Source: Raja brachyura | Taxonomy: Eukaryota | Assembly (NCBI GenBank): GCA_963514005.1 | Contig: OY740785.1 | Span: 21,080,001-21,144,000 of the forward strand | Length of the DNA: 64,000 nucleotides | Direction of reading: 5' to 3' | Shown: positions 13,069 to 23,370 of the stretch, piece after piece | Layout of the letters: each line of letters starts with the position of its first letter | How positions within the stretch are numbered: position 1 is the stretch's first letter | The notes under the pieces: generated by a model | Databases searched by the model: none | Told to the model about the DNA's origin: nothing | The model's input: only the letters and a program-made list of their open reading frames with translations | Made by a program: the position numbers and the translations under genes

Positions 13069-13380
13069 GGCGGCACAGTGGTGTAGCAGTATGAGCTGCT
13101 GCCTTACAGCGCCAGAGACCCTGACTATGGGTGCTGCCCGTACAGAGTTTGTATGTTCTCCATGTAACCGTGTGGGTTTTCTCCGGGTTCTCTGGTTTCC
13201 TCCCACATTCCAAAGACATGCAGTTTTGTAGGTTAATTTGCTTCTGTAAATTGTTCCCAGTGTGTAGGATAGAACTAGTGTATGGGTGATCGCCCTTTGG
13301 CGCAGACTCGGTGGACCGAAGTGCTGTTTCCACACTGTATCTCTAAACTAAACCAAACCAGACCAAACTAACCTAAACAA
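13069..13380 (+). mobile_element. HE1-like tRNA-derived V-SINE
   Basis: tRNA-like head GGCGGCACAGTGG, central GAGTTTGTATGTTCTCC core, CR1-type tail ending CTGTATCTCTAAACTAAAC. Confidence 0.8.
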
Positions 13381-15754
13381 GGAGGCTGCAGTGAGCGCAG
13401 ATGACCTACCAAAATTCCACAGTTTCAACAGAATGGTTCACAAATAACAAATGTATCATCACTATTTGAAAGAAGGATCTGAAAAATATAGAAAACTACA
13501 CAGTGCAAACATCTGTGCTTGGTAAAATCCAGGAATCCATCAAATATGGTAATAGAGTTTAAAAAAAATCATAAATATGAGTATGCAAAGCATGTTTTTA
13601 TGAGAGGGTAATCATGTTTGACAAATCTAATATAATTTTTGAGGATGTATCAGGATATACTGTATAAAGGAGAATCAATTAATGTAGGATTTTCAAAAGC
13701 CTATGATATCATGCAGAAAGATTGTTGCATTAAATAGAGATGCCCTGGGGCAAGGATAATATCAGCAATGATAGAGGATTGGTGAAAGATTAAATAAACA
13801 AATGTGGGAATGAATGGGTCTTTTTTTATGTTGGCAGATAGATGGAGTGTTCACAGGACCCTCTATTATTCAAAGTAAATGAAATGGATTACATTTTGTA
13901 TTTTCATCTAACTTGGTGATGTTCAAAGTTAAGGACGGCATAATGGTGCACCTGAAAGCCTCACAGCACCAGAGGGACCCAGCACCAGAGGGCTTGTAGT
14001 GTGCAGGGAGTGGATGAGAAAGTGCGCTAACATAGAATTAGTGTAAACAGGTGCTTGATGGTCAGCGTGGAGCAGTGGGCCAAACGCCTGTTTCCATATT
14101 GTATCTCCAAATTAAACAAGTGGGAGAATGCGGTGGAAAGAAGCAAAGAAACTGTTAAGCGCTATATTCAGATGAAATTAGTGTGCAAGATTGTGGTGGA
14201 GTATAATGTGGGAAAATGTGCCTTTCCAGGAGAAGAGGAGAGCAGAGATAATGTGTAGGAAGGAACTGCAGATGCTGGTTTACACCGAAGAAGGGTCTCG
14301 ACCTGAAATGTTACCTATTCCTTTTCTCCAGAGATGCTGCCTGGCTGGCTGAGTTACTCCAGCATTTTGTGTCTATTCTAAGAGCAGAATATCCTTTAAA
14401 TGGTGAGAAACGATTAATTGTCAGTCATAGAGTCCCCATGGCCCAACATGCCAATGCTGATCAAGATGCCCCTTCAACACTAGTCTTGTGCCCTCGGCTT
14501 CTTGGAGCGGCATCCGAACCAGCTGAGTCCCATGCTCCTGCAGGGCCTTCGGTGGCCCACTCCACCAGTGAGGTGCATTGCAGCTCTCGCAGCCGGACCA
14601 TTTATCGGCCCTTTGTTCTTTGCATCCCTCACTGCCGCCGCTATCCTGATTCTCTTCACCCACCTCTCCGGCCTTCAGAGACGAGCAGGGCTCAGTGGCT
14701 TGTCTCTTGGTGACAGGTTTCCCAGCTTTGTGGCGGGCAAGCCAGGCCTACTGCCAGGACTTAGACAAGGTACCATGGTCTGTTGCACAGCACTACGGTC
14801 TCAGCCACCAAATTTCCTCTTGCAAGGAAAAGCATGGGGACTATAGACCAGCGAGCCTAATGTTTATGATGAACAGATTACTTGCAACTCAGATATATGC
14901 ATTTGGATAGACAGGGGTTGATGAGGGATAGTCAACATGGTTTTGTATGTGGGAGATTGTGTCTTACTAATCTGATTTATTTGAAGAAGTAACCAAAAAG
15001 GTTGATGATGGCAGAGCTGTAGACATTGTCTATATGGATTTCAGCAAGGCATTTGATAAGGTTCCACATGGTAGGCTGCTCTGGAAGATTAGATCTCATG
15101 GGAGCTAGAGAGTTAGCACACAGGATAAAAAATTGGCTCCATGGAAAGAAGCAGAGGGTAATGCTGCATGTTTGTTTTTCGGATAGGAAAACTCGTGGTG
15201 TGGCTCAGGGATCATTATTGGGCCCATTATTGTTTGTAGTTTATATCAACGATTTAGATGAGAAGACATGATTAGTTACTGTACAGATGACAACAAAGCG
15301 TGTGGCATTGAAGACAGTGAAGATGGTTATCAAAAATTACAGCAGGATCTTGATCAGTGGTTATGGAGTTTAATGCAGATAAGTGCAAGGTGTTGCACTT
15401 TGGGAAGTCAAACTAGGGCAGGACCTACACAATGAATGGCAGCTCAATGAATGAAGCCCTGGGGAGTGTTGAAGAGCAGAGGGATCCAGGAGTGTAGGTA
15501 CATAGTTCCTTGAAAGCGGTGTCATGGGTAGATAGGGTGGTCAAGAATTATTTTGGCACATTGGCCTACATCAGTCAGAATATTGCGTATAGAAGTTGGG
15601 ATGCTATGTTACAGTTGTACAAGACATTGATGAGGCCACATTTGGAGTACTGTGTTCAGTTTTAGTCACCCTGCCACAAAAAAGGATTTTGTTAAGCTGG
15701 CAAGAGTGCAAATGAGAATTCCAAGGATATTAATCGGACTTGAGGGGCTGAGCT

Positions 15755-16738
15755 AACTGGCGCCTCAAGCTCAGCATGGGTAAGACACCATCTTCAATGT
15801 TCCACCTCGACAACAGGGAAGCGACCCGCGAGATGAACGTCATGGTGGATAACGCCCGGTTACGGTCCCAGCCCATCCCCACGTACCTCGGTGTGAAGTT
15901 CGACAGAACGTTGTCGTTCAAACAACACCTGGAAGGTGCCAAGGCAAAGGCAAGCGCCCATGCCGCACTGATACGTTGCCTAGCCGGCACCACATGGGGA
16001 GCCACGACGAAGACACTGTGCATGTCCACAGTGGCCCTGGTGTTCTCAGCCGCCGAGTACTGCGCCCCGGTCTGGTGCCGTAGCCCTCACACCAAGAAGC
16101 TGGATGCTGCTCTCAACAACACCCTGCGGACTGTCTCCAGATGCCTACGAGACACTCCAGTAAACCAGCTGCCCGTCCTCGCTGGCATCGCCCCAGCCAA
16201 CATCAGACGAGAAGCAGTCACGCTGGCCATCTCTCGAAAGGCACAGACCAGTAAATCCCACCTCCTCCATCAGATTGTCACAGAGACACCACGACGAGTG
16301 CGCCTCAAGTCACGGCACCCCATTGCCACGCAAGACCAAGAGCTGCTCTGCACAACACCGGCTGACGCTTCTAAGGCTGACTGGGTCAAGACGAGATGGA
16401 GAGACCAGTGGAAGTCAGCGGAACCATCTAGGCTACACCATTACACCGATGACCCCATGGACGTCCTTGGCCAGGACCTGCCCCGAAAGTAGTGGACAAC
16501 CCTCAACCACTTGAGGACAGGCATCGGACGCTATGGTGTAGCGATGAAGAGGTGGGGCCTCATGGACAGCGCCTCCTGCGAGTGTGGGGACCCAACACAG
16601 ACAGTGGAGCACATAGTCACCAGTTGCCCCAAACACCAGCCACGGAATGGTGAACGAGGGCTGAGTGACCTGGACGATGACACGTTGGCCTGGCTCGCCT
16701 CAACGGAGCTGCAGGTCTAAAAGACATACGACAGAAGA
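15755..16738 (+). mobile_element. 5'-truncated Vingi/Ingi-type non-LTR retrotransposon
   Basis: TYLGVKFDRTLSF, LAGTTWGA, LVFSAAEYCAPVW, C-terminal CECG..QTVEHIVTSC knuckle; one internal stop at 16490; tail CATACGACAGAAGA; 12-bp TSD AGGGGCTGAGCT (15743-15754 / 16739-16750). Confidence 0.85.
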
Positions 16739-17116
16739 AGGGGCTGAGCTTAAGGAAGAGGCAGGGCAGGCTAGGACATTATTCCTTGCTGCATAGGAGG
16801 CTGATAGGTAATCTTATCAAGGTGCATAAGGTCATGAGGGGAATAAACAGGGTGAATGCACACAGTCTTTTACCCAGAGTAGGGAAATCAAGAACTAAAG
16901 GACATAGGTTTTAGGTCAGAGGGGTAAGATTTAATAGGAACCTAACAGAACACTTTCAGTCAGAGGCTGGTGGTTACATGAAACAAGCTGCCATTGGAGG
17001 TCATTAAGGCAGGAGCTATAACAACTTTTAAAAGATGTTTGGACAGGTATATGGATTGGAAAGGGTTAGATGGACATGGGCTAAATGTGCGCAGGCGGGA
17101 CTAATGTAGATGTCAG

Positions 17117-17197
17117 CATGCGAATGATGGACCATATGGCCTGCATGCGAATGATGGACCATATGGCCTGCATGCGAATGATGGACCATATGGCCTG
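17117..17197. repeat. 27-bp tandem repeat x3
   Basis: GCATGCGAATGATGGACCATATGGCCT three times in the CR1 3' UTR. Confidence 0.9.
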
Positions 17198-17652
17198 TTT
17201 CCATGCTATTTGACTATGACTACACTTTTATTTTCTGCCCCTAAAAGGTCAATGCATATGGTGAAGGAACCTTAGGTCAATATTGTGGTTGAGGGGGTTT
17301 CTTACAAAGATAGAATGGAGCAGGATGGGCCAATACCCACTGGGTTTTGGAAGACTGAGAGGCAATCTCATTAAGATGTTCAACATTTTGAGAGAGACTA
17401 ATAGGCTCGATATTTCTTTTTGAAGATTTGGACATTTCCTCAGGTTAATATGTTGGCTCTTTAGGATTGAGGGGAAGAGAAATCTAGTTATGCAATGTGT
17501 TGGAAATCTTTGGAATTCTCTGCTTCATTCACCAAGAGATTGTTGTTAAGTTAGGCTTTGTGGAGGTGAGGTTGGAGATGGATGGTGTGGGAGGACTTAC
17601 AGAGGATATTTCAGAAATAAAGTCGGGTCTCCCTGTTCTTTGTGTGTTGCAG

Positions 17653-17796
17653 GTACTTCCACAGCCCTGCGGACAGTAATGAGCTGATGTACGATCCAGC
17701 AACAGTGATGAATGATGAGACTCTCAATTACTGCCAGAAAGAAGCCTGGTGCAAGGCATCCTTCTACCTGATGTCCTTTTTCTACTACCTTTACTG
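17653..17796 (+). CDS. cnih3: Cornichon homolog 3, coding exon 5
   Basis: ttgcag|...|gtaaag; 144 nt; [47 protein letters not shown](C). Confidence 0.95.
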
Positions 17797-17899
17797 GTAA
17801 AGGGTCTTTCTCTAAGGAGGAACTGGAATCTTGGTTCAGGCTCACTTGTAAAGCATCACTGGCAGGAACAGAAGGTGGTTGTGATGGGACAGCTGTTTA

Positions 17900-18550
17900 T
17901 GTGGAAACAAAGAACTGCAAATGATGGTTAATATACAAAAGGGGACAAAGTACGGGAGAAACTAGGCAGGTTGAGAGCCCACTTCAGACTGATTGTAGGG
18001 GGGAGAGAAGAAACCTGGAAAAGAGGAGAGGCAGGACAAAGTATGGCAGGTAATAGGTCAACACAGATGACGGGGATTTTTTAACAGGCAGATGGTTGGA
18101 ACAAAGGCTAGAGATGAAAAATGAAGGTGTGAGGTAGCTTTAAAGAATTATGAATGGTGAAGCCAGGGGGGAGGAAAGTAGCAGGAAGGGGAGGGCGTGA
18201 GGGGGGTTGTAGAGGAGAGAAATGGGTAGGAGTCCAGGTGGTGCACATAAGGGAGGGAAGGGTGCGGGAAGGTACAGGAGAGAATGGGGAGGGGGGTTGA
18301 GGGGGTGGGGGAGTTAGTTAGCAGTTACCTAAACTTGGAGAATTCAACGTTCATACCATTTACACCGTTCATATCGTTGGGTTGTAAGCTACCAAGGTGG
18401 AATATGAGGTGCCGTTCCCCCAGTTTGTGTGTGACCTCACACTGGCAATGGAGGATGCCCAGGACAGAAAGGTCAACATGGGAATGGGAAGGCGCATTAA
18501 AATGGTTGGGAGCCAGGAGATCAAGTATGCCTTAACGGACCGAGCACAAC
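17900..18550 (-). mobile_element. Penelope-like element 3' fragment
   Basis: Endonuclease C-terminal remnant (HFNAPSHSHVDLSVLGILHCQ..ERHLIFHLG) followed by the terminal repeat. Confidence 0.65.
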
Positions 18551-19089
18551 GTTGAAGGGCTCGATAGGCTACACTGTCAGAGTGATGTAGCAGAGAAACG
18601 AGTCCTTCAGCCTATCATATTCGTGTTAGCCCATCCATATGTATTCCCTGTTCCAACACTTGATCTGAAACACTCTGTGCCTTCACGATTCAAGTGCTTG
18701 TACATAACTTCCAAAATGTACTGAAAGTCTCTGCCTCTACCAATCCCTCAGACAGCGTGTTCCAGATTTCAGTCACCCCCTGGGTGAAAAAACTCTTCCT
18801 CAGATCCCTGACAAAAATTCTAAACCTATGTCCTCGAGTTTTAGAGACCACAATCATTTGGGGAAAAGTGTCCTATTATTTAATCTGTCCATGACCTTAA
18901 TAATTTTGTATCTCTCTATCAGGTCTCCTTCAGCCTCTTCCACAATAGGAAAAGCTATGCATGCAATTCACACAATCCATGAGTACATCAGATAAGGAAA
19001 AAATAAGTGCGGAATGTAGCTACGGAGCTAAGGGAGAAAGTGTAAAAAAAGATTAAGGCCGCAGTGAGGCAGATTGGAAGATTGGCGAT

Positions 19090-20090
19090 TAATCCCCAGC
19101 CTGTGAAAGGAACGTTCAAGAGACCGATAACATCAGGGAAGAAGCTGCTTTTGAATCTGGTGGGGCATGCTGTCATGCTCTTGTATATTCTGGCCAGATG
19201 GAACAGAGTGGTCAGATGGGAGAGAGTGGAGAAGAGCAAATGAGCAAAGTGCAAATGTATGTTGGCTGCTTTCCTGATGCAATATGATGTATAGATGGAG
19301 TTGATGGGGCAATGGGGAAACACTGCTTTGTGTGATTGACTGAGTTGCATTCACAACTGTCTGCAATTTCTTGTGGTCTTGGGCAAAGCAGTTGCCTTAC
19401 CAATCTTTGATGAATCTGGATAGGATGCTTTTTATGATGCATGTGAAGAAATTGGCAAGAGTCTTGGAGACATGCCAAATTTCCTTAGCTTCTGAGAGGT
19501 AGAGGAGTTGGTGTGGTTTCTTGGCCATTGTGTCAATGTTTAGTTTAGTTTAGAGATACAGCATGGAAACAGGCCCTTCGGCCCACCGAGTCCACACTGG
19601 CCATCGATCACCCGTTCACACTAGTTCTATTATCCCACTTTCTCATCCACTCAATACGCACTAGGGGCAATTTACAGAGGGCTAATTAACCTGCATCCTA
19701 TACGGTCATATGAAGAACGTGCAAACTCCACACAGACAGACCGAGGTTAGGATCGAACCTGTGTCTCTGGCACTGAGAGGTAGAAGCTCTACCAGCTGCG
19801 CCACAGTGTTGCCTCACTCATAGCTGTGAAATAACCACCTACAAGTGGCAAAAATCAATTCTGAGCACCCAAGACCATCAACAAACGAGATCACCACTGG
19901 CCACATTGGAAATCACCAATGTGGTTGGACGAGGAGAAATTGTTGGTGATATTTACATCTAAGAACTTGAAAGACTCGACCGTTTCCACTTCAACACCAT
20001 TGAAACAGACTGGGGCGAGTATTCCACCCGGCTTCTGAAGTCGGTGATCAGCTCCATCATTTTGCTAACATTGAGGGAGAGGTTGTTATC
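19090..20090 (-). mobile_element. Rex1/Babar-type LINE 3' fragment, interrupted by an HE1-like SINE (19538-19812)
   Basis: RIYKSMTACPTRFKSSFFPDVIGLLN C-terminal motif. The SINE reads on the minus strand with a TAAAC tail. Confidence 0.65.
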
Positions 20091-20989
20091 TTGGTACCAT
20101 GGTTCCAAGCTTTCTATTTCTGAGATATGGTTGCAACATGTTTTGGGATGGCTCCAGGGTTACTGGTGCTCCCTGTAGACAGTGAACATAATGCAAGCTA
20201 TTCATTTCCCACCAGGGAACCAATAAAGTCAATGCCACTAATGTCAGAGTCACAGCATCACAGGAAAGAGACACTTCAACAGATAGATGTCAATATGAGC
20301 TTGTGGTGATAGCTTCTGCGCTGGTATTTAAAGGATTTAAGAGCAATATACAAGATTTTCATGCTGGCTGCAAAGGTGGAAATTGAAAATTCAGAGCGCA
20401 ATTTGTACTGTAGGAGTAGATGCCAAGACTCAACAACACTTTGTGTTGAGTGTGGTAAGGTTGGCGATTGTGTGACCAAGGCTCGGTCTAATAAGAGAAC
20501 AAGCCTGCATGAGAGGGTAAATCTGTTAATGAAATAGTATTTGGAAAACAATGTAAGGTTGACATTTTTCATTAACATTTCAAAAGAAATTCCCTTTTCT
20601 TACAAACAGTAGTGACCCAAAGCATATGAGAGGCATATGAGAAATTTGAGGCAAATACAAAAATAAAAAGGACGAGTTCAATAGACAGGAGCATGGCAGG
20701 TAGTGATGGAAGGTGCTGCTGCAAGTAAGAGTTTCATTGTTCCATTTTAGACATATGACAATAAAACACTCTTGACCTTTGAGACTGATGGATTAAGCTG
20801 CATTTATTTCAATATCACAAGGTCACCCATTTGTGCCGCCACAGGAAATAGTTGAGGTGTTAAATGAAAATGTCTAATTTGTATTTACTGCAAAGTAAGA
20901 CATGATGGTAGGTAACTTTGAGAAATTCATAATGATCTCTTAAAGAGAGTCCACTTTACAGAAGAGTACTGAATGTCATAAAACCCATT

Positions 20990-21590
20990 CAGGTACATTA
21001 GATAAATCCCTGGGAAGAAAACCAGGGAAGAAATCGTGGGGCCATTAGCAGAGATATTTTATGTCATCGATAATATTGGGTGGGGTGCCAAAAGACTGGA
21101 TGGTGGCTAATACCGTACCTTTATTTAAGAAAGGGGTGTAAAGAAAAACCTGGGAAATTCTGGTGGGTTATCCCAACCTCAGTAGTGGGTAAGATACTGG
21201 AGGGATTCTGTGAGACAGGATCTATGTGCATTTGGAAGAGGAAGGACTGATTAGTGATAACCATGGCTTTGTGCATGGGAAATTGTGTCTCATGAACTTG
21301 ATTGATTTTTCTTTGAAGAGGTGACCATGAAGATTGATGAGAGCAGTGCTATAGACATTGTCTACATGAACCTTAACAAGACCTTTGGCAAAGTATCGCA
21401 TGACAGGCGATAGTCTGACAGACATGATAGTCTGGAAGGTTAGATCACATGGGATCGAAGGCAAGCTAGCCAATTGGATTTAAAATTGGCTTGAAGGTAG
21501 GAGTGTGGTGGTAAAGGGTTGTTTTTCAAACTGGAGGCTTGCAACAAGTGATGTGTCACAGAGATCGGTGCTAGGTCGACTATTGTTCGT
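20990..21590 (+). mobile_element. CR1 LINE RT fragment
   Basis: KDWMVANTVPLFKKG and HGFVHGKLCLMNL motifs. Confidence 0.75.
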
Positions 21591-21933
21591 TGCAGGTAGT
21601 TCTGTTCTAATGCAATGGTTTAGTTCATGATAAATCTTGTATTACAGAAAATTGCATTGTAAAACAATTGTGACAATGGGGACAATAGGGTTTAGGGCTA
21701 GAGAATTTCAGACTTGCAATAACAGTTATTTTATCCCCGCAGGATTTTCAAAAGTGAAGATTTTCATCACTATAAGATTATTTTTGTTACTGCAAAAATA
21801 CTAATGTTTGTATGTTACATTGTCTAAAGGAGTATCATTTGCCAAGTGGCAATAGAAGCACTCACTTGTAGATTTCAGTAGCCAGCTTGGATTAATGTGG
21901 CAACTAAGTTCTTAAGAACGCTGTCTGATTACT

Positions 21934-22061
21934 TCTTCTTTCGTGTGGTGTGCACAGCCTAAAGTTGTAGGACAACTTGTTCTATTTGATCTTCACAGTG
22001 TTGAGTTGATTGCATTAGTCGAAACAGGGCGGACCACGTGCAGGTTGCAATCTTCCACCCC
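21934..22061 (-). mobile_element. 128-bp non-autonomous retroelement with a 5' HDV-like ribozyme and Vingi-like GAAGA tail
   Basis: 12-bp TSD T(G/A)TCTGATTACT at 21922-21933 / 22062-22073; tail CACACGAAAGAAGA; ribozyme fold occupies the first 54 nt. Confidence 0.8.
22008..22061 (-). ncRNA. Minimal HDV-like self-cleaving ribozyme (predicted)
   Basis: GGGGTGG(P1) AA GATTGCA(P2) ACC(P3) TGCACGT(L3) GGT(P3') CCGCCCT(P1') G TTTCGA C TAA TGCAATC(P2'). All helices pair, with a G1.U wobble and a C at the catalytic position of J4/2. Confidence 0.78.
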
Positions 22062-23370
22062 TATCTGATTACTATGGGGTGGATACACTTTATTTCTATG
22101 CTGTATCTCTAAAAAAAATCTAAAAATGAACTATTTGGCATTTTTTTAGTTCCTGAACAAATTTGTGTTGTGACCGTTCAGGCTTCTGTAATAAAATTGT
22201 GTTCTCTAATTCATCACTAGTGTTGCACCCAATTCACATTTTGGAAACTATCTCTATTTACATTAACAATTTGGATGTGAGTATACGTGGCATGTTGGTA
22301 AGCTTGTGGATGACTACATTTGACATCTAAGTTTACAACGGGATCTCGATTAACTGGGCCAATGAGCCAAAGGATGGCAGATGGAGTAAATGAGAGGTGT
22401 TTCATTTCCGAAAGGCAAATCAGGACAAATCTTGCACATCACATGATAAGGGCTTAGTGAGGGAGACCAAGGGTTGTGATGAATTTTATGTTTTGCATGC
22501 TGGAGGCTTGAGGTGCACCTTTGTTAGACTGGTATCTCATTTTTAGATATGGCTGTCAACAGAGAGACTCTTTAAGTTATAATGCAGTAAAATTATAGTA
22601 AATCTACCATCCCAGCTCCCTTAGGATTTTGGTGGTGCTAGACTGGCATATTTTCCAGACATATAGATATTACTTCTAGTAATGCACTATTTTAAAATAA
22701 TAGTTTACAATAAGTAGAATAAAAAGTTTTCTAGTGAACCCGACGAGTTTAAAGGGAATGTGAGCTTACTGAGTTCTTGACTACACCATATTGGGTGTTT
22801 ATGGGAGAGTATATTGAGTCATGTGACTATTTGTCAAAACTCCTTCTATGGCTTCAGAACACGGTAGTGAAATGCTCCAGGTGAAAGTGAGCCCTTTTGT
22901 TTTTGATATTTGTAAGCAAAATAATGGGCAGATAGTAAGAGATTGGGAAAAGACAAATTGGAATTTTTTACATCCAATATTAGAAACAGGTGGAGTTGAG
23001 ATCCATTATCCTGAGTATTGAAGTTGGGAGGTTATGTTACAGTTGTACAATACATTGGTGAGTCCACATTTGGAGCATTGTGTTCGGTTTAGTTACCCTG
23101 TTATAAGACGGATGTTGTCAAGTAGGAAAGGGTGCAAAGAAGATTTATAAGGATGTTCCTGGGTGTAAAAGGCTCTGAGCTACTGGGAGAGGTTCAGCAG
23201 TCTAGGACTTTATTCCTTGTAATGCAGAAGGATGAAGGGTGATCTTATAGAGGTGTAAATGATCATGAGGGGGAAAGATAGGGTAAATGCCTACTTATTC
23301 CCCATATTTTTTCCCGGTGATGGGGAATCAAGAATCAGAGGATATCATTTCAATGTGAGGTGAAAGCATA

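Larger units (their letters stand above)
14840..17215 (+). mobile_element. CR1-clade LINE ORF2 3' half, interrupted by a Vingi element
   Basis: YRPASL, DFSKAFDKVPH, GSLLGPLLFVVYINDLD, HLEYCVQF motifs. Frame resumes after 16750. Confidence 0.85.

Noticed and set aside
13069-13140. tRNA gene
   Set aside because: Partly deleted tRNA-derived SINE head; no cloverleaf.
14470-14830. GC-rich insert with overlapping ORFs
   Set aside because: Could not classify; no termini, TSD or protein motif identified.
20216-20309. Alternative cnih3 last exon (in phase after CCAG)
   Set aside because: Weak acceptor and no cornichon similarity; a canonical last exon exists at 28999.
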